The notes below the pieces were generated by a model that had not been told where the DNA came from, searched no databases, and saw only the letters and a list, made by a program, of their open reading frames with translations. Source: Parcubacteria group bacterium (GTDB lineage Bacteria; Patescibacteriota; Minisyncoccia; Phycocordibacterales; UBA2135). From it: a stretch of DNA of 64,000 nt. Position numbers and translations under genes: made by a program. Shown piece after piece: positions 9,298 through 17,967 of the stretch (position 1 is the first letter of the stretch; every line of letters begins with the position of its first letter). Location: positions 24,981-88,980 of the forward strand of contig JACQLQ010000004.1 of NCBI GenBank assembly GCA_016204045.1, read 5' to 3'.

Positions 9298-10551
9298 ATG
9301 CAACTCCCCAATAAGACGCTTTCATTTGCCTTTTTCTCACTCCTCATTATAGGAGCTTCGTTTCTTGCTGGGACATATGTCGGCTACGAGAACAGGGCCG
9401 CAATTCTAAAAGTAAGCGGGCTTATTAACAAAGAGACGCCGGTCACAAGCGACGAGATGGTTGTTGACTTTTCTCCGTTTTGGGAAACGTGGAACGCAGT
9501 AAACGAAAAGTATGTCCCGGCAACAAATAGCACGACATCCCCGGGAGAGGTGACGGCACAAGATAAGGTATGGGGGGCTATACAGGGGCTTGTAGGGTCA
9601 CTCAATGACCCATATTCAGTCTTTCTGCCCCCGGCCGATTCAGAGGTCTTTGAGGAGAATATTCAAGGTAATTTTGGTGGTGTGGGGATGGAAATCGGAA
9701 TGCGCGACAACACCCTGACCGTCATCGCCCCGATCAAAGACACGCCTGCGGCACGGGCAGGCATTGAGGCGGGGGATCAAATCTTAAAAATAGGCGACGA
9801 GGTCACTGCGGATATTTCTCTCGAAGAAGCCGTGCGGCTCATTCGCGGAGAGATTGGCACCGAGGTAACCCTCACCATCCTTCGTGAAGGCCGCAAGGGA
9901 TCATTTGAGGTTGCTGTAAAACGGGCAGTCATTACCATTCCCACCATAGATACGGAACTGCGCAAAGACGGCATTTTTGTAATCCAGCTGTATAACTTCT
10001 CGGGGCAATCGCCGAGGGTCTTTCGCGAATCGCTCCGCGAGTTCGTATTGTCGGGGAGTAATAAGCTAATTCTTGATCTGCGAGGAAATCCGGGGGGCTT
10101 CTTGGAGGCGGCCGTTGATATATCAAGCTGGTTTTTGCCCGCGGGCAAAGTCATTGTCACGGAAGATTTTGGTCCGGGCAAGGAAGACTTAGACATCATT
10201 TACCGAAGCAGGGGATACGATGTCTTCAACGACAACCTCAAGATGATTATTCTTGTAGACAAGGGCTCCGCATCCGCTTCAGAAATTGTTGCTGGGGCTT
10301 TGGCAGAACATGAAATCGCTGATTTGGTAGGGAGCCAAACTTTTGGTAAGGGTTCTGTCCAAGAACTTATAAAGATTACGGCTGACACCTCGCTCAAGTT
10401 GACGGTTGCGCACTGGCGAACACCCAAAGGAACGCTTATTTCAAAGGATGGTATCGTGCCTATGTATGTGGTAGAAATGACAGACGAGGACAGAGAAAAG
10501 AAAAAGGACCCGCAACTTAATAAAGCAGTGGATTTACTCCTTTCAAGATAA
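9298..10551 (+). CDS. ctpA: Carboxy-terminal processing (S41 tail-specific) peptidase with PDZ domain
   Basis: 417 aa. N-terminal TM/signal, PDZ (GIEAGDQILKIGD), S41 catalytic region (LDLRGNPGG, catalytic Ser/Lys context). Confidence 0.85.
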   Translation: MQLPNKTLSFAFFSLLIIGASFLAGTYVGYENRAAILKVSGLINKETPVTSDEMVVDFSPFWETWNAVNEKYVPATNSTTSPGEVTAQDKVWGAIQGLVGSLNDPYSVFLPPADSEVFEENIQGNFGGVGMEIGMRDNTLTVIAPIKDTPAARAGIEAGDQILKIGDEVTADISLEEAVRLIRGEIGTEVTLTILREGRKGSFEVAVKRAVITIPTIDTELRKDGIFVIQLYNFSGQSPRVFRESLREFVLSGSNKLILDLRGNPGGFLEAAVDISSWFLPAGKVIVTEDFGPGKEDLDIIYRSRGYDVFNDNLKMIILVDKGSASASEIVAGALAEHEIADLVGSQTFGKGSVQELIKITADTSLKLTVAHWRTPKGTLISKDGIVPMYVVEMTDEDREKKKDPQLNKAVDLLLSR

Positions 10552-10565
10552 CGAAGTTTACTACG

Positions 10566-11012
10566 ATGAAAATAATATTACTGCAGGACGTGCCAAAGGT
10601 CGGTCGGAAATACGAGGTCAAAGACATTGCGGATGGCTTCGCACGCAATTTGCTCATACCTCAAGGGAAGGCAGAGGTGGCAACTCAAGGGGCCCTACTT
10701 CGTGTAAAGAAACATGGAGAAGAGCGCGCACGCAAAGGAAAGGAGTGGGAAGCAACTCTGGCCAAGGCCCTTACCAAAATTGACGGACAGATTGTGACGC
10801 TCGTACTCAAAGCCAATAGTAAGGGAAGTTTATTTGAAGGGATTGACGGAGAACGTGTTCGCCTCGCCTTGCAAGAGAAAACCGGAACAAGTGTTCCGGT
10901 TGAATCTCTAATCTTTGATGCCCCCATTAAGAAAGTAGGGGAGTATGAGATTAAAGTGGAGGGAGGTAAAAAGGAAGCCCGCTTTACGCTCAAGATAGAA
11001 GCGAGTCAGTAG
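10566..11012 (+). CDS. rplI: 50S ribosomal protein L9
   Basis: 148 aa starting MKIILLQDVPKVGRKYEVKDIADGFARNLLIPQGKA, the canonical L9 N-domain. Confidence 0.9.
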   Translation: MKIILLQDVPKVGRKYEVKDIADGFARNLLIPQGKAEVATQGALLRVKKHGEERARKGKEWEATLAKALTKIDGQIVTLVLKANSKGSLFEGIDGERVRLALQEKTGTSVPVESLIFDAPIKKVGEYEIKVEGGKKEARFTLKIEASQ

Positions 11013-11020
11013 GGAGAGTG

Positions 11021-11293
11021 TTAGACAACAGAGACTCGCTTTCGCCTCCACGTCTTTCCTGTGTAATGAGTCTTCCGAATCTCTTCGAACTTGACAATAC
11101 CATCTTTGAGCGCAAAGAGGGTGTGGTCCTTACCAACGCCAATGTTTTTCCCCGGAAGGATTTTGGTACCTCGCTGTCGTACCACGACAAAACCCACTTT
11201 GGTTTTTTGACCATCGTGCACCTTGGTTCCGAGATATTTCGGGTTTGAATCCGTTAGGTTTTTTGCCGAGCCACCTGCTTTCTTATGTGCCAT
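11021..11293 (-). CDS. rpmA: 50S ribosomal protein L27
   Basis: 90 aa: [29 protein letters not shown]...[29 protein letters not shown]. Confidence 0.93.
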   Translation of the reverse strand: MAHKKAGGSAKNLTDSNPKYLGTKVHDGQKTKVGFVVVRQRGTKILPGKNIGVGKDHTLFALKDGIVKFEEIRKTHYTGKTWRRKRVSVV

Positions 11294-11368
11294 AAAATAA
11301 CGAGTATTTTAGCGAGTATATTTTATGAGCACCGAGCACATAATGCTTTATGTGCTCCGGTGCCAAAG
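11287..11368. repeat. Inverted-repeat arm A (82 bp), partner of 13954..14032. Includes the rpmA start codon plus 5' leader
   Basis: Direct comparison: reverse complement of 13954..14032 matches 11287..11365 at about 71/79 positions. Both arms begin GTGCCATAAAATAACGAGT and contain the internal tandem CGAGTRTTTTA x2 and the near-palindrome GAGCACCGAGCAYATAA. Confidence 0.7.
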
Positions 11369-11380
11369 TCGTAATCTACT

Positions 11381-11758
11381 ATGCTACCTGATATCCTAGA
11401 AAAAGTCAAAGTAGCGTTCCGCACACTCGATAGGCAAGAGGACTGGTTTATTATTGCCCTAATTATATTGGTTGGTTTCGGGGGATTCGGGCTAGGACGG
11501 CTTTCGACTGACAAAGAAGCTAGGGAGTCTATACAGATCGAGCAGAACACGTCCCTGGGCGCTCTAGGATCCGTCAACGACCTTGGTGGGGCAATCCTGG
11601 GGCAGGTTGTTGCCTCTCGAAACGGCGGAAAATATCATTTCCCATGGTGTTCTGGGGCAGCGCGTATTACTGAAACAAATAAGGTTTGGTTTCAGAACGA
11701 GGAAGATGCGCAAAAAGCGGGATATACTCCAGCAAGTAATTGCCCTGGACTTAAATAA
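11381..11758 (+). CDS. Small membrane-anchored protein with Ada-like metal-binding domain
   Basis: 125 aa, one N-terminal TM helix. C-terminus GKYHFPWCSGAARITETNKVWFQNEEDAQKAGYTPASNCP resembles the Ada N-terminal Zn-binding fold. Confidence 0.4.
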   Translation: MLPDILEKVKVAFRTLDRQEDWFIIALIILVGFGGFGLGRLSTDKEARESIQIEQNTSLGALGSVNDLGGAILGQVVASRNGGKYHFPWCSGAARITETNKVWFQNEEDAQKAGYTPASNCPGLK

Positions 11759-11766
11759 AACACAGT

Positions 11767-12003
11767 ATGGAAAAAAATCTTAAAAAAAGTGCGATAACTG
11801 TCCTGGGCGGAGCATTTATTGTTATTGGCTTAGGGGGGCTGGTCTTGCCTTTTGTCCAAGGTATCCTTTTTATCTTCCTCGGCATCTATTTACTCTCAAT
11901 GGAGTATCAGTGGCTTAAGACAAAACTGAGCCACCTTGAGGCAAAAAACCCAACGCTAGATCGATACGCTAAGCGGTTTCGTGCTTTTTTTGATAAGATA
12001 TAA
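11767..12003 (+). CDS. Small two-TM membrane protein (PGPGW-like)
   Basis: 78 aa, two hydrophobic helices, GGLVLPFVQG motif. Confidence 0.4.
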   Translation: MEKNLKKSAITVLGGAFIVIGLGGLVLPFVQGILFIFLGIYLLSMEYQWLKTKLSHLEAKNPTLDRYAKRFRAFFDKI

Positions 12004-12015
12004 CCATAATTTGGC

Positions 12016-13239
12016 ATGGTGTATTTTACCCACAAACTGAATAGGGGATTCGTTTCGCTTTTTTCCTCACAAGCCATACGGAAGATGGCCTTGTCCCTCC
12101 TCACTGTTTTCTTGCCTATTTTCCTATTCGAGCTTTTTGACGAAAATATTTTCCTGGTCCTGGCCTTCTTTGGTGTAGCATCTTTTATGTACGCTTTTTT
12201 GCTACCACTTGGCATGCAATTCATGAATCGGTTTGGATTCAAGCGCGCCTTAATCCTTGGATCTATTTTTGGGATGCTCTATTTTGCAATCCTGGCGTTT
12301 ACCGACGCGGAGAATGTGCTTCTCCTTATTCCACTCGCACTCGTCGTGACAACGCTCTTCAAACTTTTTTTCTGGATTCCATACCATGTAGACTTTGCTA
12401 AGTTTGCGGATCCGAAAGATCGCGGGAAGGGAGTTTCTGCTATGTATGCCATGGTCTCTATTACAGGTGTTGTGGGACCCATCGTCGCCGGGTATATTTT
12501 GGATCAAACAGGTTTTGGTGTGCTCTTCTCGGTTGTCATTGCATTATATGCTCTCTCGCTCATCCCGCTCTTCAACTTGCCACAAGTAAACGAGTCGTAT
12601 AGCTGGGGATATGGCGAGACGTGGAATAAGCTTCTTTCGCGTGAATACCGACACCCGCTCATCGCTATTACCGCGTTGGGTGTCGAGAACATCATCGCAA
12701 TCGCGGTGTGGCCCCTCTTTGTTTACCTCCTTCTCAAGGGGGACCTCTTTAATGTCGGGGTTGTCTCGACCGTCATCTTCGGAGCTGTCGTCATCCTCCA
12801 GCTTGGGATGGGTAAGTTTCTGGACACTTCGGAGGGAAAACGCTACCAAACGCTCCACATTGGAAGTATCCTCTCCGCCGTCGGCTGGATTGGAAAAATG
12901 TTTGTCGTGACCGCATTTCACATCTTCATTGCCGGTTTTTATCATGGAATTACGAAAATTTTCACCGAGACGCCCTTTGACACGCTTGTATATGAAATTG
13001 CCGCAGACCAAGGGCACTACGTTGACGAGTTCACTGTATTAAAAGAGATGGCCCTCCAAATTGGCCACGTTGTCGGTATCGCAGGAACCATGCTTGCCCT
13101 TTTCTTCTTCTCTATTGAATGGACATTCCTCATTGCCGCCGGAGCAACTTTGCTCTTCAATATTCTCTACTACAGAAAGCGAGACATGCACATGCTCGTA
13201 GGGCGCCACACTGTGCCACACATGGCATTGCATAGGTAG
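12016..13239 (+). CDS. MFS-type transporter
   Basis: 407 aa, about 12 predicted TM helices, MFS-like loop motif (DPKDRGKGVS). Confidence 0.6.
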   Translation: MVYFTHKLNRGFVSLFSSQAIRKMALSLLTVFLPIFLFELFDENIFLVLAFFGVASFMYAFLLPLGMQFMNRFGFKRALILGSIFGMLYFAILAFTDAENVLLLIPLALVVTTLFKLFFWIPYHVDFAKFADPKDRGKGVSAMYAMVSITGVVGPIVAGYILDQTGFGVLFSVVIALYALSLIPLFNLPQVNESYSWGYGETWNKLLSREYRHPLIAITALGVENIIAIAVWPLFVYLLLKGDLFNVGVVSTVIFGAVVILQLGMGKFLDTSEGKRYQTLHIGSILSAVGWIGKMFVVTAFHIFIAGFYHGITKIFTETPFDTLVYEIAADQGHYVDEFTVLKEMALQIGHVVGIAGTMLALFFFSIEWTFLIAAGATLLFNILYYRKRDMHMLVGRHTVPHMALHR

Positions 13240-13241
13240 AA

Positions 13242-13270
13242 AAAGCTGGCTACCCAAGGTAGCCAGCTTT
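13242..13270. terminator. Bidirectional intrinsic terminator between convergent MFS and CDF genes
   Basis: Perfect 13-bp stem AAAGCTGGCTACC/GGTAGCCAGCTTT with a 3-nt loop and flanking A/T tracts. It lies between the stop at 13239 (+) and the stop at 13274 (-). Confidence 0.6.
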
Positions 13271-13273
13271 GAT

Positions 13274-13888
13274 TTAGTGAGAATGCCCGTGCTCGGAGCC
13301 AAACGCGAGCTTTAACGCTTGATAAAAAATCCAAAGTGCAATCACAAGTGAGAGAAGGGGGTCGACGAGGAACCATCCAAATGCCCACATGGTAACGCCA
13401 CCGACAACCACGGCCATACTCAACACCAAATCAGAGAAGATGTGCTGCAATAACGCCTCGTGGTTCTCTGTCGAGGCCTTCAGCATCTTGTGCTGGAAAA
13501 AATTTCCGATGCCACCGATGGAGGCAATGACGACGATGACGACAGGGCTTACGACCGGAACTGGATTTGTGAGACGCTCGAACGTCTCAAAAGCAACGGT
13601 ACCAGCCAAGAGAAACAGTAGCCCGATATTAATCCTCGAAGCTACCTCTCGCGCCTTGTTCTGTTTCCACAAGCGCATAAGCACGAGAGCACCGATCGTC
13701 ACTACAATTCCTGCACTGTCGGTAAACACATGCCCAGCATCGGCCCAAAGAGCCAAGCTTCCTGAATACCATCCGCCGAAAATCTCGAGAATTAAGATCG
13801 CTATGGTGAGCCCAAGTACCAACGAGAGCCGTCTGACCTCACACCAACACGTGGCGGGGCCAGGGCAGTCAGGGTAGTGTCCTGCCAT
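13274..13888 (-). CDS. Cation diffusion facilitator family transporter (membrane domain only, no C-terminal cytoplasmic domain)
   Basis: 204 aa. CDF signature SLALWADAGHVFTD, His-rich C-terminus (SEHGHSH), 5-6 TM helices. Confidence 0.65.
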   Translation of the reverse strand: MAGHYPDCPGPATCWCEVRRLSLVLGLTIAILILEIFGGWYSGSLALWADAGHVFTDSAGIVVTIGALVLMRLWKQNKAREVASRINIGLLFLLAGTVAFETFERLTNPVPVVSPVVIVVIASIGGIGNFFQHKMLKASTENHEALLQHIFSDLVLSMAVVVGGVTMWAFGWFLVDPLLSLVIALWIFYQALKLAFGSEHGHSH

Positions 13889-13953
13889 GGGAAACTTCCG
13901 CCACTTGAAATTCTAAGATTTTTATAGCATACTGCTAGCACATTGTCATTGTA

Positions 13954-14032
13954 TGGCACCAAAGCACATAACGCGTTATATGCTCGGTGCTCATAAAATA
14001 CACTCGTTAAAACACTCGTTATTTTATGGCAC
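13954..14032. repeat. Inverted-repeat arm B (79 bp), partner of 11287..11368. Includes the start codon and leader of the PduO-type gene
   Basis: See arm A. Both flanking genes start ATGGCAC inside the repeat. Confidence 0.7.
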
Positions 14033-14697
14033 TCTACACCGGAAAAGGGGATGCGGGGACAACAAAAGTGATCGACTCAAAGGAGCGTTTTTCAAAGGCC
14101 TCAAGACTCGCTGAGGCGCTGGGGTCATTAGACGAGCTCAACTCGTTTATTGGGCTTTGCAAAATAAAGGCGTCCTCGGGGCAAGCCGCGCGGCATTCGC
14201 CTATGTTTCGTCTTCGCTCGGACGAAATGAGAACACGCTCTCATTTCGCATCTTCGCTCGACGAAATAAAATCAGAAGACATTGACTCTGAATCTGTTCG
14301 TGTAAATGGAAAAGAGGTGAGTGTGTCCTATATACTCCACGAGGTACAAGAAAACCTATTTATCGTGCAAGCTCAAGTGGCGGGGTCTGATAAGAAAATC
14401 GTTAAGAAAAAAGTAACGCAAGCAGAACGATATATAAACACTATAGAGAACATTATTCCGCCTATCAAAGGATTTACTATTGCGGGGGCAACCGAGCTCT
14501 CGGCGCTTCTCGATGTAGTCCGTACCATAGCTCGGAGGACTGAGAGGAGAGTGGTCTTACTGCACGATACAAAAGAGCGGAAACTCACCAAAGATACTTT
14601 GGCGTACATGAACCGTCTTTCATCGCTCCTATTTGCATTGGCGCGCCTTGCCTCGCACCAAGCGGGTGTAAAAGAGAGAACTCCTACATATCGCTAA
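14026..14697 (+). CDS. PduO-type ATP:cob(I)alamin adenosyltransferase family protein (with about 45-aa insertion)
   Basis: 223 aa. N-terminal MALYTGKGDAGTTKV...LDELNSFIGL and C-terminal helices match the PduO/MMAB fold. A low-complexity insert ARHSPMFRLRSDEMRTRSHFASSLDEIK is atypical. Confidence 0.55.
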   Translation: MALYTGKGDAGTTKVIDSKERFSKASRLAEALGSLDELNSFIGLCKIKASSGQAARHSPMFRLRSDEMRTRSHFASSLDEIKSEDIDSESVRVNGKEVSVSYILHEVQENLFIVQAQVAGSDKKIVKKKVTQAERYINTIENIIPPIKGFTIAGATELSALLDVVRTIARRTERRVVLLHDTKERKLTKDTLAYMNRLSSLLFALARLASHQAGVKERTPTYR

Positions 14698-14759
14698 CAT
14701 CTTTTAGGTGAGTTTGACAAAAGTGTAATAGTATTGTATTTTCATTTTAGAGGGTTGCC

Positions 14760-15557
14760 TTGATAGGAGAGGTGATGACAGAGAAGACACGAGACGCGAA
14801 CTGGGCAGGGTCTTTTTTTGGTGGTCCGCGTGATTTCTATGGCACGACGTACACTCGCTTTGGCAGACTGCCGAAAGATCCCGAAAAAGAAATTGATGGC
14901 GTTCTTGCGTTGCTCAAACCAGAACCCGGTAGTCATATTCTCGACTGGTGTGGTGGCTGGGGTAGGCACGCAATCCCGCTTGCCAAGAGGGGCTTTCGGG
15001 TCACTATTCTTGATTTCTCAGCCAAATATCTCGAACGAGCACGCGAACACGCAGAGCGTGAAGGAGTAGAAATAACCACTGTGTGCGCTGATTTTCGAGA
15101 CACACCGCCTCACATTCAAGCGGATTACGCCGTGAACCTGTTTACGGCCGGACTTGGTTACTTTGGTGAAGAGGACGATATCGTGGCACTAAAACGTTTA
15201 TTTGCCGCGCTTAAGCCGGACGCCAAAGTGTTAATAGATACAATAAGTTTGTTCTGGATCGTAAAAAACTTCAGGGGCCATAACTGGGAGGAGACGGCTG
15301 ATGGTAGGGGACGGTTCCTGCATAAAAGGACCTTCGATTTTGGAACTAACACGGAACGAGCGATAAATACACACCAGGATCTCGACAAAGGAACAGAGGA
15401 AACGGCAAATGTTGAACTTAAGCTATATTGTCCTGCTGATTTGGCTAGAATCCTGAAGAGTGCTGGTTTCGTTCCACAAGAGTTGTATGGTGGTTTTGAT
15501 GGTTCGGGGTTCAACTTTGATGCCAAGAGAGTTGTGATGCTGGCTGGAAGACCTTAA
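14760..15557 (+). CDS. Class I SAM-dependent methyltransferase
   Basis: 265 aa. Motif I ILDWCGGWGRHAIPLAKRGFRVTILDFS, motif II/post-I acidic residues. Confidence 0.75.
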   Translation: MIGEVMTEKTRDANWAGSFFGGPRDFYGTTYTRFGRLPKDPEKEIDGVLALLKPEPGSHILDWCGGWGRHAIPLAKRGFRVTILDFSAKYLERAREHAEREGVEITTVCADFRDTPPHIQADYAVNLFTAGLGYFGEEDDIVALKRLFAALKPDAKVLIDTISLFWIVKNFRGHNWEETADGRGRFLHKRTFDFGTNTERAINTHQDLDKGTEETANVELKLYCPADLARILKSAGFVPQELYGGFDGSGFNFDAKRVVMLAGRP

Positions 15558-15569
15558 CTTGATGTACGG

Positions 15570-15591
15570 GCGGCTTGAGAAGCCGCTTTTT
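15570..15591 (+). terminator. Intrinsic terminator of the methyltransferase gene
   Basis: GCGGCTT-GAG-AAGCCGC hairpin followed by TTTTTG, 13 nt after the stop. Confidence 0.6.
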
Positions 15592-15779
15592 GATTTCTGC
15601 TGAATAGTGGGGTCGCCAGACAAAGAAGGGGTAGGCTGGTTCAAGCTTGATGTAGCGTCCTACAATATACATTTTGAGACACTAAAGCCCTCCAAGGGCG
15701 GTTAGTGTCTTAAAATGTGGCGATATTGCGGGACATTACGGGCAATGTCCCGCAATATCTTTTAGGACGTTACTATCAA

Positions 15780-16103
15780 TTAACGAGCTGCTGGCGGCTC
15801 AATTCTTGCCACCTCTTCAAAATTCCCAATTACTTCTATGTCTCCAAATTCTTTGTGTCGGTCTAAGGTGTTCTGAATCTCTGCGCTCTCCGAATGCAAT
15901 TTTTTCATTGCAATATCTCGTGCTTCTTTTGATTCCCATTCTGCAATTGCAATAAGTGTCCCTGGTTCATCAAGATTTCTATATAACACAGTGCCTTTTG
16001 CACCTGCTGATTTTTGAATAGCCGCGCTTCCCTTCCTCCAGGCATCAACATACTCTTGTTCGGTGTGTTCTGTCCTAATTTGCACTCTAAAGATGAATTT
16101 CAT
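15780..16103 (-). CDS. Antibiotic-biosynthesis-monooxygenase (ABM/Dabb) domain protein
   Basis: 107 aa, ferredoxin-like ABM fold pattern (IAIAEWESKEARDIAMKKLH). Confidence 0.55.
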   Translation of the reverse strand: MKFIFRVQIRTEHTEQEYVDAWRKGSAAIQKSAGAKGTVLYRNLDEPGTLIAIAEWESKEARDIAMKKLHSESAEIQNTLDRHKEFGDIEVIGNFEEVARIEPPAAR

Positions 16104-16141
16104 GGGTCCAGAACTTTTCCTATACCTTTGGAATCTCTAGG

Positions 16142-16267
16142 CTACCCCACACATCATCTTTCTCACACCAAAAAACGGTGCGGTCGTATTGTTTGCCATT
16201 ACGCGAGTTTGAGCTGGTGTCTTCCACCTTTGCAACCATTTCTTCGCTACATTTTGGGCATTTCATA
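16142..16267 (-). CDS. Putative small zinc-ribbon protein (41 aa, not in ORF track; coordinates within 2 nt)
   Basis: Minus-strand translation MKCPKCSEEMVAKVEDTSSNSRNGKQYDRTVFWCEKDDVWG* fills the 186-bp gap between two minus-strand genes. It has a CxxC pair and a second Cys. No clear SD. Confidence 0.3.
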
Positions 16268-16289
16268 GAATACTTAAGGGACTATATAC

Positions 16290-16616
16290 TTAATACTGCG
16301 GCTGCGCACCCTGCGGCGCCCCACTCTCAAGATCATTTGGTTCACCACGCTTAATTTTCTCCATATTCTCGACAAAGGATGACCAAATGAGCTTTAAAAA
16401 GATTTCATCCCAAAAATACCTCACGGGCTCGCCCAAATATTCAGCCCAGACAAAGACAACCCAACCCCACACATATTGGAAATTGCTCTGTGACTGCTCC
16501 GACTCGACTATGCTCCTGATATCAATACTGAAATAACTCAACACCAAAATACCGATAATGATCAAAATAACAAACTTTATTAGGCCCCTTTGGTTGTTTG
16601 AGGAGTATCTATACAT
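16290..16616 (-). CDS. Hypothetical small membrane protein
   Basis: 108 aa, one TM (FVILIIIGILVLSYF), Trp-rich segment. No recognisable domain. Confidence 0.4.
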   Translation of the reverse strand: MYRYSSNNQRGLIKFVILIIIGILVLSYFSIDIRSIVESEQSQSNFQYVWGWVVFVWAEYLGEPVRYFWDEIFLKLIWSSFVENMEKIKRGEPNDLESGAPQGAQPQY

Positions 16617-16650
16617 TGCTTGTACTATACCACAGCAGAAAACCCATTGT

Positions 16651-17967
16651 CTAACGTATTCCCGGTAAGTACGACAGCGGGTTTAAATACCCATTTCTTG
16701 GCGAAAGTGGGAGCTTGAGGTAGGTCCCGCATACCTTACTTCGGTATTCGTCGGTGACCCGCACCGCGGAGGCGGCATAGACTGTAAAGTGCAGGTGCGG
16801 CCCCGTTGAATACCCCGTATTACCACTGTAGCCAATGACATCCCCAATCTTAACTTCTTGCCCAGGTTCGGCCCGAATGAGTGAGAGGTGCGCGTACAGC
16901 GTTGAGAGATTGTTGTAGTGCCGTATAAGCACCCATTTGCCGTATGAAGCCCCGTCGCAAGCCCTGTCTGTGTCTCCGGTGTCAGTGACCACTCCGTTGG
17001 CCGCCGCGCGTATAATAGTGCCGTTAGGAGCCCTGAGATCAATGCCGTTATGCCCACCACCGTTGTACACTTGCGGGTTCTGACTTGCGAACGGGGTGTT
17101 TCCGAAGTATTGCGTTATAGAAACGTTGTCCACCGGCCAGCGGAGAAGCGCGCCTATCTGCGGCAAGGAGTTAGGGTCAATCTCGAGCTGAATCTGAGAT
17201 TCAAAATCTCGAATTTCTCTTTCGAGCGCCTCTTTAAGCGCCTGCTTTTCTGAGAGTATCTTCTTGTAGTTGGACTCTTGGTTCTTGGTCTCTTTCAGCA
17301 ACGCGAGTTTCGATTTGCGGTTTGCTGTTTCCAATTCTTTTTGATCGACAAGACGCTCAGCCAAAGAAACATGCTCCTCTTTTTCTTTTGTCCGCAATGT
17401 TCGTTTCTCTTCGAGCGAAACCTTGAGTGTTTGTAGCTCTTTTACAGTTTTGTGCACGTTGGCCTGGAGTTGGCCGAGACTCTCAACGGTATCCCAAAAC
17501 ACAGAAAAACTATCTTCCCTAAGCAATATTTCGACCAAGGTCTCGGACTCAAGTTCATGAACACGGCGGACAATCTCGCTGATGGCGGCGCTGTTCTTCT
17601 CGATGCCGGCATTCTTGTCCTCGATCTCCCCCGTTAGGGTCGTAATGTTTCGAGATGCCGCCGCTATACGCTGCTCCGTCAAACGGATATCCGTTTGTAA
17701 TTTTTTTTCCGTCAACTCTATTTGGCCCACCGTATTCTGAAGTGTCTTGGCCTCTTTATCAAGTGCATTCAAACGCGACTCGTATCCCTTGATTTCCTTT
17801 TCGAGTTCGAGAATAAGAGAGTTCCGTTTTTCTATTTCGGAACGTAACGTCTCTGTCGTTTGGCCAAAGACAGTGCCACTCAAAGAAATTACCCCGCCGA
17901 CGAGAAGCAAGAGAAATGCGGCTCGTTGTAAAAACACGGATATCTTCATATTGATTGCCCTCATCAC
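16651..17967 (-). CDS. M23 family metallopeptidase with N-terminal coiled coil (EnvC/murein hydrolase-activator-like)
   Basis: 438 aa. Signal/TM, about 230 aa heptad-repeat region, C-terminal LytM motifs (HNGIDL..., YAHLS, GYSGNTGYSTGPHLHF). Confidence 0.8.
   Translation of the reverse strand: MMRAINMKISVFLQRAAFLLLLVGGVISLSGTVFGQTTETLRSEIEKRNSLILELEKEIKGYESRLNALDKEAKTLQNTVGQIELTEKKLQTDIRLTEQRIAAASRNITTLTGEIEDKNAGIEKNSAAISEIVRRVHELESETLVEILLREDSFSVFWDTVESLGQLQANVHKTVKELQTLKVSLEEKRTLRTKEKEEHVSLAERLVDQKELETANRKSKLALLKETKNQESNYKKILSEKQALKEALEREIRDFESQIQLEIDPNSLPQIGALLRWPVDNVSITQYFGNTPFASQNPQVYNGGGHNGIDLRAPNGTIIRAAANGVVTDTGDTDRACDGASYGKWVLIRHYNNLSTLYAHLSLIRAEPGQEVKIGDVIGYSGNTGYSTGPHLHFTVYAASAVRVTDEYRSKVCGTYLKLPLSPRNGYLNPLSYLPGIR

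Noticed and set aside
11235-11260. tRNA T-arm-like GGGTTTGAATCCG
   Set aside because: It lies inside the rpmA coding sequence with no acceptor or anticodon arms. No tRNA or rRNA genes were found in the window.
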